DNA of 62,867 nucleotides from a virus (taxonomy: Duplodnaviria > Caudoviricetes): IMG/VR virus record IMGVR_UViG_3300032050_000130, positions 1 through 62,867 of that record; one strand, written 5' to 3'. The notes beneath the pieces are model-generated. The model had not been told where the DNA came from and made no database searches. It saw nothing but the letters and a program-made list of their open reading frames with translations. A program made the translations under genes and the position numbers. This document shows, in pieces, positions 17,785-27,451 of this stretch. Position 1 is the first letter of the stretch; each line of letters begins with the position of its first letter.

Positions 17785-19152
17785 TTATAAACACGATGTA
17801 CAGCTTACTCCTGTGGTTACCGTTCCAAAGAACAATGGTAAATTAGCTGGCCCAGGGTAACCACCAAGTCCAACCTGACTCCACGTTTCTCCACCAAACG
17901 ATATACATCCAGGTGTACTTCCTGCTATACCTTCATAGGTATATTGTGCTCCACCATACGCACCTACACCGGTACACGGTTCGTAATCCCAATATTCATA
18001 GACTATTGCAGCTGTAGTTGTTGTAGTTGGTGCTGCTGGACACGAAGTACAATCAGTTCCCACATAAGTAGAACCATCACCCAAATCAATATCAAATGAA
18101 GGACCAAACGTAGGCTCAAGTAATCTAACACAGGTATATGGTGTAGGAGTTTCAAATACACTAAACGCTACTTGGTCAACACTAAATCTTACAACCAAAG
18201 TAGTTGCCGAATAACAATATTCAGCACTCCAATAGAAATATGATGGTGCAGCCGTTGTAGTTGTAGTTGTTGTAGGTGCTTCCGTTGTAGTTGTAGTTGT
18301 TGTAGGTGCTTCCGTTGTTGTTGTAGTTGTTATAGGTGCTTCCGTTGTTGTTGTAGTTGTAGTAGTTGTTGTAGGCGCTTCCGTTGTAGTAGTTGTTGTA
18401 GGCGCTTCCGTTGTAGTAGTTGTTGTTGGTGCTTCAGTTGTAGTAGTTGTAGTTGGCGCTTCCGTTGTAGTAGTTGTTGTTGGTGCTTCAGTTGTAGTAG
18501 TTGTTGTTGGTGCCGCAGTTGTAGTAGTAGTTGTTGTTGGTGCCGCAGTTGTAGTAGTTGTTGTAGTTGTTGTAGTTGTAGTAGTTGTAGTAGTTGTTGT
18601 AGTTGTTGTAGTTGTAGTGGTTGTAGTAACCGATAAACACGTACCCTTATCATCTAAAGTTCCATTATCACTAATAATAAAATAATTAGTTCCATCTGAA
18701 TAATATCCATTGGGTGCGGGAATTGTCAATCCACTATTAGTAAATATTTGTAGTGTATTTTGTAACACAGTTCCTCCAAACGAATAATAAGTTGTTGGTG
18801 ATGATGTATAATCGTAACAAGAATTTGCGGCAGAAGAAGCATGATATCCCAAGCTAAACGATGAAGGAGCCAAAGTTGTAGTTGTTGGTGCTGGTGGTTC
18901 TGGTGGTGCTGATGTGGTTGTTGTGGTTGTGAATGTAATAGATGCTGATAAACAATCACTGGTCGCTGTACCAAATGTTTCAACAACCGAACCTCCAGGT
19001 ACGGTATATTCATCAGTTTGTGCGGAGAATATTATTGAACCAATTTTAGAAGGTACAAAAACAGTTACTTCATTTCCTTCACATTCAGTCCATGTAACAT
19101 CGCCAGATGTTCCATTTGGTAAGGTTGCTCTATATAGTGTTGATGATGGCAT
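17785..19152 (-). CDS. Mucin-like Thr-rich protein, putative virion fibre or decoration
   Basis: Long poly-Thr and (T)nEAP/(T)nAAP repeats separating small Cys-containing modules; no signal peptide; directly downstream of the tail fibre and chaperone genes. Confidence 0.8.
   Translation of the reverse strand: MPSSTLYRATLPNGTSGDVTWTECEGNEVTVFVPSKIGSIIFSAQTDEYTVPGGSVVETFGTATSDCLSASITFTTTTTTSAPPEPPAPTTTTLAPSSFSLGYHASSAANSCYDYTSSPTTYYSFGGTVLQNTLQIFTNSGLTIPAPNGYYSDGTNYFIISDNGTLDDKGTCLSVTTTTTTTTTTTTTTTTTTTTTTTTTTTAAPTTTTTTTAAPTTTTTTEAPTTTTTTEAPTTTTTTEAPTTTTTTEAPTTTTTTEAPTTTTTTTTTTEAPITTTTTTEAPTTTTTTTEAPTTTTTTTAAPSYFYWSAEYCYSATTLVVRFSVDQVAFSVFETPTPYTCVRLLEPTFGPSFDIDLGDGSTYVGTDCTSCPAAPTTTTTAAIVYEYWDYEPCTGVGAYGGAQYTYEGIAGSTPGCISFGGETWSQVGLGGYPGPANLPLFFGTVTTGVSCTSCL
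18247..18630. repeat. Coding low-complexity repeat (ACA/ACT codon runs; TTTTTT(E/A)AP units)
   Basis: Plus strand shows (gttgta/gtagtt)n interrupted by gg(t/c)gcttc and ggtgccgca. Confidence 0.95.
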
Positions 19153-19164
19153 TTATATTTTTTA

Positions 19165-19623
19165 TTAAAAAGGTGATTCTCCTAATATATCAGTAGGCCA
19201 TGTTTGTTTTAATTGAATTGCGGTTGTCACATCTGAAAAATCCATATTTGGCAAATCTCTTAATTGTTGTTTTTTTGTAACTATTTCTTGAATTAATGTT
19301 TGATTTCCGGTTTCTAATGCTCTCATATATTGTAAATCTAAATCCGGAAATAATTCACTTCTTTTATATCTCAAATAATTTAAAAATAATTCTTTTGCCT
19401 TTTCTAAATTTAAAGATGGAATCGCAGTTGAACCATTCTCATCATTAAAATTAAAATCGTAACAAAAATTAAATGAATAATCAATTTCAGAATCATCATA
19501 CATAAAAACGTAATTTGAATCCGATGGTATTACTTTTTTGATTATAAAATCAATAGTTTCTTCATTCGGTGATATCCACTTAATATCACCATTTTTTTCA
19601 CTTATAATTAATTTTGGTTTCAT
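19165..19623 (-). CDS. Tail fibre assembly chaperone-like protein
   Basis: C-terminal R..R..LF.DLD..YMRALE...KQQLRDLP...WP pattern; follows the large tail gene. Confidence 0.7.
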   Translation of the reverse strand: MKPKLIISEKNGDIKWISPNEETIDFIIKKVIPSDSNYVFMYDDSEIDYSFNFCYDFNFNDENGSTAIPSLNLEKAKELFLNYLRYKRSELFPDLDLQYMRALETGNQTLIQEIVTKKQQLRDLPNMDFSDVTTAIQLKQTWPTDILGESPF

Positions 19624-19638
19624 AAATTATTCATTTTT

Positions 19639-22600
19639 TTATCTTGCCAATACTACAAAATCAACAAATTCAGGTGTCCAATGTCCAGCAAGGTTACCGC
19701 CAATATAGGTTGTTACAATACCAGGACTAGTATGACTAGGTCTTTCTATTCTAAAAGAAAATCCACTAATACTTTTTCCAGTAATTACGGCCATATTTCC
19801 AACTTCTTGGCTAGCATATGCTACGTTTGACGTTGTGGTTTGAACAATATAATCCGTAGAATCCATTGGATTGGTAAAAATTACATCATAAATATTAAAT
19901 GAACCTACAGCTAATGTACTACTAATATTGTAACGATTTAAAATAGTATAGTTTGCAGCATTTGTAATACCACCACCATTGTATCTAATTGTTCCAAATG
20001 CTTTTACTGCAGATGGATTTCCATATCCATTACTATATTTACTAATCGACCTATCGACCATTAAACTACCTGTGATTTCGGTTGAAAAGTTATAAGAACC
20101 ACTTACACCATCTCTTACCCTCAAATACTTATCATCTGCCAATACGGCCTGGAAGCCACCACCATTTATAATAGTACCCGCTGATATTGTTTTTATTGTT
20201 ACAGTTCCAGTAGATGCTGCAAACAAGCTTGTATCTACTTCCGAATCAAATCCATACGGAGGATACTGAGACGGGTCAGATGTATCATTACTATGCGCGT
20301 ATGCGTATCCAACTAAAGTTAAATAATAAGTTACTCCAGATTGTAAATCTGCCAATATTGTCATTTTTGTTGCCGGCAAATAAGAAGTTTGAGATCCTGG
20401 ATAATAAGATATTGTATATTGAAATCCGTTCCATTCATAATATTGATTTACCGTACCTTGTGCAGATGCAATTGCATAGTTTGAAGTTTCTACATAATTA
20501 GTAAATGGCTGTGGATAATGTCCTCCTGTTGTGAGAATCAAACGTAAGTATAAAGTCCCATCCGCTGAACCATTTGCGGTTACATAATTATTATAACTGA
20601 ATGGTAAATTATATGTTATAACATGTTGACCGGCTGCTTGAGTGGTGAACGAACCATTTGAACTTGGTATAATATTATAATCATATGCAATAGTTCCACC
20701 ATAATATGGGTCAAATGTTCCATCATTTGGTACACCATTAGTTTGATTTGATGAAGTAGTATATGTTGGTAAAATAGCATTTGGATATGTTATGCCAGTT
20801 GGTTCTGGTAATGTTAATTTTGTATTTGCGAAAAATCTTAAACTACCTGCGCCATCAAATACCGCAATTGATTCGGATGGTTCTGAATATAATCTAATAT
20901 TTTGGTCTGCTGATATTATTGATCCAGGTCCTATAGTCCATCCACCAATTGTACCATCATTTGAATTAATAGAACCATTTATAGATAAATCTTCACCGTT
21001 CCAAAGAAGCGAACCAGATACTCCCTTTAATGATAATTTCGAAACCCCTTGGTCAAATCCCATAAAAATTCCAGTATTATCATAACCTTGAACTTGAGAT
21101 TCTGTAACCCAGTTACCAGGACCAATACTAGAGCTTATTTGTCCAATAGATAAATAAGGATTAGCATTAGAACCACTTTCATTTGCATTTAAAACAATAA
21201 GTGAATTTGCTCCTCTTGCACCGATATTAATAGTTTTATCAACATATTGTTCTACTGCAAATAATACATCGGTTGCTACTGAACTGAATTGTGCACCAAA
21301 CGAAGTCCAGTTTGTATTTCCGCCACCAGGATAATTCCAAAATGTACCGGCACCTTGAGTACCCGCACTTCCATTCAATCCCGTATTATTTGTGAGATAG
21401 TATGTACTACCATATTTAGTAATATCTTTTCTTTCGGTTGTATGAAAATATCTTTCATTTGGATTAAATAATCCCCTATATACAACACCAGGACCAGGAC
21501 CCCCAGCAGTACCAGTTGTGCCCGCGGTACCAGTGGTGCCGGATGTGCCAGTTGTTCCAGATGTACCAGCTGCAGCGGATACTGCCCAAGTATTGGTTGC
21601 ATCCGGTGGATAACCGGTATTAATATTGTTATCGTTTGTAGAAGTATGTGTATTTGAATTTATCCATGTAGATGATGCATATCTTACAGTATCGTCTGGA
21701 TAATAGGTTACCCCAGAAGCCCATATACCTCTATAACTTCCTTCAGGAATACCAGGTTGTCTTTGACGTATAGAACCAACTATAGTCAATTGGTCACCAT
21801 CCCAAAACATTCCCTTACCAGATGTACCAGTTGTTTTAATTGAGAAACGTCCTGTTGTACCATTTGCACCGTCTTCATAAACACCCATAAAAATACCGGG
21901 TCTATTATACCCAATTACACCCGGTCCGCTAATTGAAGTTCCTGTACCCGATGTTCCTTGTGTACCCGTTTGGCCTATGGCAATATATGGGTCAGTTCTA
22001 CCACCCGCTAATACAATATTGGCAAAAGCACCAGTTCCATCTTTAGTACCAACATTTAAAGTATTCTTTACATATGATTCTTCAAATATCGCAATCTTGG
22101 CCGATACAAAAAATTCTTCTTGTCCTAAATACTGCCAATATGTTGTATCAGTATATGGTGCCGAACCATCTGGTTGTTGTGCTCCAACCGGTGTTCCAGG
22201 TCCACTACCTGTTATAGCAGCCCAATAGTGTGTTTCTTTATTTATTGTTGCTGGGTCAGGCCAAATTACAGCATCTCTTCTTTGGTTTGCTATTTCAGAT
22301 ATATAATCAATAGTTGAACTCCATATACCTCTCATCACAATACCAGGACCAGTATTACCTTCATATACTACTGATAGAGAAAGAGTTTTATAAAGCGTTT
22401 CTCTACCTTCACAATCTATTTGGAATATAATTTCACCGGATGAAATTGTTTCAGGACTTGACCAATTACTTATACCTGCAAAAGATGCCGGACCACCCGA
22501 AACATGAGAACCAGCCGTTAATCCACCGGCCAAAGTTAAATGTCCAGAGTATGATAGAATACTTACTCTACATTGATTTGGATATCCGGTTACACCATAT

Positions 22601-25600
22601 GCATCTAATTGCCCTCCGCTAAAAGTTGAAACATTTGTTAATTCTAAATCTCCTCTAAAAACTCTTATTGTAGTTGTAGATAAATCAAATTCGACTTCTC
22701 CAGAAACTCTATATATAATTCCAGCGTTTTCACTGGATAAGTTTGCACTATAAGGTGCCGGTGGTGTAAATTGAACTGCTAATGATTGTGTTACAAAATC
22801 AATTTGTCTATTTTTTTCATAATCGATTTTATAAATAATTTCAGCACTATGATTAACCGCAGGTGCGTACCAACTAACTATATCGTTAATTGCCGCAGGG
22901 TTACCTATCAATCTATTGGGTGGTGCAACATTAATCCAAGAAGATGTAGTAAAAATTGATGCAGAATAATATCCAAGGTTACCAATTAAATTTCCTAAAT
23001 AATCATTAACTTCTTGCGATATAACGTATGATGATGTATGTGCTAATTGAGTTGTACCTTTAAATGCCGAAATTTGCATTCCACTTCCCGTAAACTGCGT
23101 TGTCCACAAATCAGCGGTTATGGATGCATTGGTATTTGTTGCAGAGTATTTGTATGCATCTGCCCCACCCTTAATACCGGCTATTGTTAATTGTGCTTCT
23201 GCTTTTATTATTGATGGTGGTAATGGAACTGATGGAGTTACAGTTGGTGCCGCACCATCGGTTAATTTTACTTTCCATGTTTTGTTTTCACCAGGTCCTG
23301 CAGCATCACCACCACTTATTCCGCTAAATTCACAAAACGGCGGTGTTCCTTCCAATACACTAGGCCCTGCATAAAATGTTTCACTACCATCCGATTCTAC
23401 ATAATACAAATATGCATTCGGTCCATCAGTTTGACCAGGTATGTACGAACCTGTTGTGTTGAATGCAGTTACGGTAAGTGTAACATCACCAACATCAGTA
23501 TATCCATCTCTATCGTAATTAATTGTAGCCGTTGATGCTCTAAAATCCAATGAACGTGCATTTGGTGGTGCTACGTTTTTTGTAAATGTTTGAGTCCTAG
23601 TAAAAATAGAAGATGTATATTGATGCCCGCTCCCCAATGCAAATGGATATACTTGAATTGTATATAAAGCACTTGCAGAAACATATGGTGCATCAAACCT
23701 ATTATAATTTATAGTAGCTGTACTTAATGAAGATGATGATAATGAACCCGTTCTTATATTCCAAACTCCAGAATTACGAGTTTCTATTGAATTTATTCTC
23801 CAAGTACCCGGTGCAGTTGAACGCGTTGTAAAGGTAAGAAAATCATCACCTTCTTTAACAGTCAATGTAGTGTTCGTACTTGCATATGAAGAAATATAAC
23901 CAACTTCATCCGCAGGTATTGCCACCGATGTTGGTGATATTACAATCTGAATCGGTGGAGGTCCATCTAATATTTTTGTAAAATACTGATACACACTCGC
24001 TGTATAAACCGATGATGTGTAATACGGTTGAATCTCTAATGGAAATTCAATACTTCCACTTAAATTAGTCATATTAGATGATGCACTAAAAATAAGTGAA
24101 TGAGTATAGTTGTTATCAAATCTTATATTACCATTTGTTATATTATTTGCTACAATAGATGCTGTTGCAATATGGAATGTTCCAGGAAATCTACTTCCAG
24201 TAAATAACAAATATCTAGACCCTTGCTTCAATCTAATTTCACCAGTAGATGGTTTATAATCATTTACAATACCTCTTGAGTTTGCATTAAGATTTACATT
24301 CGCAGGAACTATTTCAAATACTATACTTTCATCTCCAGGTTTACCTTCTGGAACAATTGTAAACGTTTTATTAATGCTTACTGATTCCGAAGAATATGGT
24401 TCAATATAAGTCCAATTTATTGTAAGAGTTTTACTTTGAGATAAAGGTGTTCCTACAAATTGATTTTCTAAAGTAGAATTTATAATGTAGTTATTATCAT
24501 CAGTTGCACTTATTTTAATATCAGAATTTACACTCTGAGTCATATAATATACCCAATACTCTGGTACAAAATCTGAATTTATAGACATCGATGGGTAAAC
24601 CATAACTGATGCCGAAATTGGATTTGAACTTGTACCCCTTCTATAAAACGATGCAGTTGCACTTGCAGATGGTGGAGTAAATACTTTTGATAATCTTGGA
24701 TTTATAGTAAATGCATCAGCATCGTAGGTTACAAATCCAGCATCAATACCATCTAATAAATCCGTTAATGTTAATGTTGTATAAATTGATGCAGTTACAT
24801 TAGGATTTGTTGGAGTAGGTTCTGAACCCGATGCTATTAAGTAAATAGTTCTTTGCCCATCTATTGAATCTCTATTAAAAATTGCATTATAATCAAGTTC
24901 TCCAGAACCGGTAACACCTGGATAAATTCCTTTTACAAATCCACTGGCAGATGCATCGGTCAATGTTACATAATATGAACCAGAAGCAACGTATAATCTA
25001 TTACTAGAACGGCCGTATGGCAATCCACTTCTAATATCTAATTCGTTTATTCCATCTATTCTTACTGCCTGAACTTCAAGTGAACCAGATGGGTCATTAT
25101 TTCTAATTACAGTTCCTCTATATGGTCTTATCTCATAATTTACACCACCCTTACCATCTACAACTCTTGTTATGATAATGGAATCATTTATTCCTTCACA
25201 CTCACCGGTAAATTCTATATATTGAACAACAATATCTTCGTTAGAACCTGTAAAGTTTGCAACAGTTAAAGTTAATAAATCAGTTTCTCTATTCAAAAGT
25301 AATCCAGGCACTTGTCCCCCAACGTATTGAGAAGAAGATAATTCATTTCCAAAAAAATCAAAAGAACGAGATGTATATGTTACCGAACCGGTTAAATAGC
25401 TTTTTATTACATCAATCGAAATTACGGTTGGTGGAATAGGGTTACCATTTCCGGATCCAGAATCAAATTGGAAATATAAAGAAGATGGAACTAGTTGTAA
25501 ATCTTTATTAATTACATTTAAATTACCACCATCAAATGTTTTACTTTCTTCAACAACTACAGGAATATAATTGTTATTAATATCGTAAAACTGAAATCTA

Positions 25601-27177
25601 AAATCAAATGTTTCTCTCGGTAATGTTCTCGGTATTGGTTGAATAAATGAGATTTCATCCGGAGAAAATGCAGTTTCTTGTGATGCTCTTAAACTTACAT
25701 CCGATATATACCATGCATTTCCTTTAACTTCAAAAAATAATTTTACATCCGATAAATCTTCCGCTTTAAAGTTTGCAGTTATTTGAGATTTTTGTAATAA
25801 ACTATTATCGGAAGTTACATTTAAAATATTTTGCTTTGTGCCTACATTTGTTATTACATTGTTATATGTAGACTGTTTAGAACCACTTAAATATACCAAA
25901 AGAGTATCAGTAGTATTAATTGGACTACCCGCTCTAACGTTAAATGTTAAACTATATTCACTATCAGCATTAATATCTAAAGATTTAGTTGTATAGAATA
26001 AATTTGTTCCTGAACTGTTTAATTTAACCGAGTTGTATAGATACGTTTGATTAAATTCAGTAGATAAATTATTAGAAGAAGTTACCCAATAATTTTTAAA
26101 ATTAAATAAATCAAATCCACCATAATATTCTTCATTCTTAACAGTTGTTTCTAAATCTCTTAATATTTCATTAGACTCTAACTGAATTTCTTGTATAAAT
26201 TGATAATCGGAAAGGTCTGATTGAGATTTTCTGAATATCTTTACTCTAGCCACATCCCCTACGAATGTAGTTAAATCCGATAATGTTATTTTTGCAAATG
26301 AACCGGTAAGTGCGGTTTTTAAATTATCTAGTCCCTCAATATAATTAAATGATGCGGTATATCTTTGATTTGAAAAATCTGATACCAATCCATTTACGGT
26401 ATAAGGATTAGTAATTGTTAAATCAGTTTTACTAATTATATCATCTGCTTGTGAAAAGAAATTAAGGTCAGTAAATTCAATTGTTGTTCCAACTACCGAA
26501 CCCGTCCATGCACCACCATCGTTAATTTGTACAAGATAACTTGTTGGTTGGCTAAAATTTGTAAGGGGAGTACCGGCGGCGGGTACTTGTGAAAAACCAT
26601 CTACATGCCCTTTTTGTGTTATTGTAGAGCTAATATTAGAATAAATAGGTTTTACTATTTCCGTAATAGATACGTTTGGTCTTTTATAAAATCTTACCTT
26701 ATCCTCATTCGATAATAATCTATTAATTTTAAATGGTTTTTCCCATTTTACATTATAAACATTTTTCCACTCATCAGGTACATCTCTTACAACACCACCG
26801 TCATCTACATAACTTTTCAACTCACCGAGAATAGTAATCTTTGCTTCACCTATCGGAGTATCTTCGTATATATAAACTGCTATTAGTTTAGAAGTACCTT
26901 CATAGTATTCAGGTACACCATTACCAGGTTCATAATAAACAGGATTGCCAGCAACATCTAATATTTGTATTTTTATTTCAGTTGTTTCTTTTAGATATTC
27001 AGACCCTTCTATTAAAAATCCATTTTTACCACCAGTAAACGTATCGTTAAATTCGGTAATTTTAAAATATGTGGAATTCGGACTGTCATCTATCAGAAAT
27101 GTTTGAAAAGAACTTAATGTCTGTACTGGATTTAAATTACTTTTCTGACCATCTGCGTATTTTTTTATTCTTGGCAT
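19639..27177 (-). CDS. Very large tail fibre / baseplate-associated structural protein (2512 aa)
   Basis: Beta-rich Ser/Thr/Gly composition, a short G-T-S/G-T-T triplet run, repeated GPG(I/V)V.RG.(W/F) modules, a fibre-like C-terminus (VKAFGTI..YDVIFTNPM..TDY), and a downstream chaperone. Confidence 0.8.
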   Translation of the reverse strand: MPRIKKYADGQKSNLNPVQTLSSFQTFLIDDSPNSTYFKITEFNDTFTGGKNGFLIEGSEYLKETTEIKIQILDVAGNPVYYEPGNGVPEYYEGTSKLIAVYIYEDTPIGEAKITILGELKSYVDDGGVVRDVPDEWKNVYNVKWEKPFKINRLLSNEDKVRFYKRPNVSITEIVKPIYSNISSTITQKGHVDGFSQVPAAGTPLTNFSQPTSYLVQINDGGAWTGSVVGTTIEFTDLNFFSQADDIISKTDLTITNPYTVNGLVSDFSNQRYTASFNYIEGLDNLKTALTGSFAKITLSDLTTFVGDVARVKIFRKSQSDLSDYQFIQEIQLESNEILRDLETTVKNEEYYGGFDLFNFKNYWVTSSNNLSTEFNQTYLYNSVKLNSSGTNLFYTTKSLDINADSEYSLTFNVRAGSPINTTDTLLVYLSGSKQSTYNNVITNVGTKQNILNVTSDNSLLQKSQITANFKAEDLSDVKLFFEVKGNAWYISDVSLRASQETAFSPDEISFIQPIPRTLPRETFDFRFQFYDINNNYIPVVVEESKTFDGGNLNVINKDLQLVPSSLYFQFDSGSGNGNPIPPTVISIDVIKSYLTGSVTYTSRSFDFFGNELSSSQYVGGQVPGLLLNRETDLLTLTVANFTGSNEDIVVQYIEFTGECEGINDSIIITRVVDGKGGVNYEIRPYRGTVIRNNDPSGSLEVQAVRIDGINELDIRSGLPYGRSSNRLYVASGSYYVTLTDASASGFVKGIYPGVTGSGELDYNAIFNRDSIDGQRTIYLIASGSEPTPTNPNVTASIYTTLTLTDLLDGIDAGFVTYDADAFTINPRLSKVFTPPSASATASFYRRGTSSNPISASVMVYPSMSINSDFVPEYWVYYMTQSVNSDIKISATDDNNYIINSTLENQFVGTPLSQSKTLTINWTYIEPYSSESVSINKTFTIVPEGKPGDESIVFEIVPANVNLNANSRGIVNDYKPSTGEIRLKQGSRYLLFTGSRFPGTFHIATASIVANNITNGNIRFDNNYTHSLIFSASSNMTNLSGSIEFPLEIQPYYTSSVYTASVYQYFTKILDGPPPIQIVISPTSVAIPADEVGYISSYASTNTTLTVKEGDDFLTFTTRSTAPGTWRINSIETRNSGVWNIRTGSLSSSSLSTATINYNRFDAPYVSASALYTIQVYPFALGSGHQYTSSIFTRTQTFTKNVAPPNARSLDFRASTATINYDRDGYTDVGDVTLTVTAFNTTGSYIPGQTDGPNAYLYYVESDGSETFYAGPSVLEGTPPFCEFSGISGGDAAGPGENKTWKVKLTDGAAPTVTPSVPLPPSIIKAEAQLTIAGIKGGADAYKYSATNTNASITADLWTTQFTGSGMQISAFKGTTQLAHTSSYVISQEVNDYLGNLIGNLGYYSASIFTTSSWINVAPPNRLIGNPAAINDIVSWYAPAVNHSAEIIYKIDYEKNRQIDFVTQSLAVQFTPPAPYSANLSSENAGIIYRVSGEVEFDLSTTTIRVFRGDLELTNVSTFSGGQLDAYGVTGYPNQCRVSILSYSGHLTLAGGLTAGSHVSGGPASFAGISNWSSPETISSGEIIFQIDCEGRETLYKTLSLSVVYEGNTGPGIVMRGIWSSTIDYISEIANQRRDAVIWPDPATINKETHYWAAITGSGPGTPVGAQQPDGSAPYTDTTYWQYLGQEEFFVSAKIAIFEESYVKNTLNVGTKDGTGAFANIVLAGGRTDPYIAIGQTGTQGTSGTGTSISGPGVIGYNRPGIFMGVYEDGANGTTGRFSIKTTGTSGKGMFWDGDQLTIVGSIRQRQPGIPEGSYRGIWASGVTYYPDDTVRYASSTWINSNTHTSTNDNNINTGYPPDATNTWAVSAAAGTSGTTGTSGTTGTAGTTGTAGGPGPGVVYRGLFNPNERYFHTTERKDITKYGSTYYLTNNTGLNGSAGTQGAGTFWNYPGGGNTNWTSFGAQFSSVATDVLFAVEQYVDKTINIGARGANSLIVLNANESGSNANPYLSIGQISSSIGPGNWVTESQVQGYDNTGIFMGFDQGVSKLSLKGVSGSLLWNGEDLSINGSINSNDGTIGGWTIGPGSIISADQNIRLYSEPSESIAVFDGAGSLRFFANTKLTLPEPTGITYPNAILPTYTTSSNQTNGVPNDGTFDPYYGGTIAYDYNIIPSSNGSFTTQAAGQHVITYNLPFSYNNYVTANGSADGTLYLRLILTTGGHYPQPFTNYVETSNYAIASAQGTVNQYYEWNGFQYTISYYPGSQTSYLPATKMTILADLQSGVTYYLTLVGYAYAHSNDTSDPSQYPPYGFDSEVDTSLFAASTGTVTIKTISAGTIINGGGFQAVLADDKYLRVRDGVSGSYNFSTEITGSLMVDRSISKYSNGYGNPSAVKAFGTIRYNGGGITNAANYTILNRYNISSTLAVGSFNIYDVIFTNPMDSTDYIVQTTTSNVAYASQEVGNMAVITGKSISGFSFRIERPSHTSPGIVTTYIGGNLAGHWTPEFVDFVVLAR

Positions 27178-27240
27178 TAATAGTGTTATTTTCTAATGAT
27201 ATAAAATAAATATTTACAATAATTATAATCAAAAGAAAAA

Positions 27241-27270
27241 TCTAAAGAATACTAAATAAAACTAAAGAAA
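27241..27270 (+). promoter_or_regulatory. Three 10-bp direct repeats, candidate RHH operator
   Basis: tctaaagaat / actaaataaa / actaaagaaa directly before the ATG at 27275. Confidence 0.5.
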
Positions 27271-27274
27271 CGTT

Positions 27275-27451
27275 ATGAAAAAATACTCAATGATACAAAT
27301 TGATGCTGAAATTCATCAATTATTAAAAGAATTTTGTAAAGAAAGAGGATACAAAATAAATGGATTAGTAGAAACCCTTATAAAAGAAAAGGTAGAAGCT
27401 TCAAAGAAACCTCTACCTAAAAATATATTACCAGTTAATTCTAAAAGTTAA
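27275..27451 (+). CDS. Ribbon-helix-helix (CopG/Arc-like) DNA-binding protein, 58 aa
   Basis: Below the ORF-track cutoff; translated by hand as MKKYSMIQIDAEIHQLLKEFCKERGYKINGLVETLIKEKVEASKKPLPKNILPVNSKS. Alternating beta strand, helix, G turn, helix. Fills the intergenic gap. Confidence 0.7.
   Translation: MKKYSMIQIDAEIHQLLKEFCKERGYKINGLVETLIKEKVEASKKPLPKNILPVNSKS

Noticed and set aside
18247-18630. Possible CRISPR array or non-coding satellite
   Set aside because: There are no unique spacers; the repeats are in-frame Thr/Glu/Ala/Pro codons inside a longer ORF.
18330-19013. Gln/Leu-rich alternative-frame ORFs (18330-18653, 18726-19013)
   Set aside because: Frame-shifted shadows of the Thr codon repeats, with no independent start signals.
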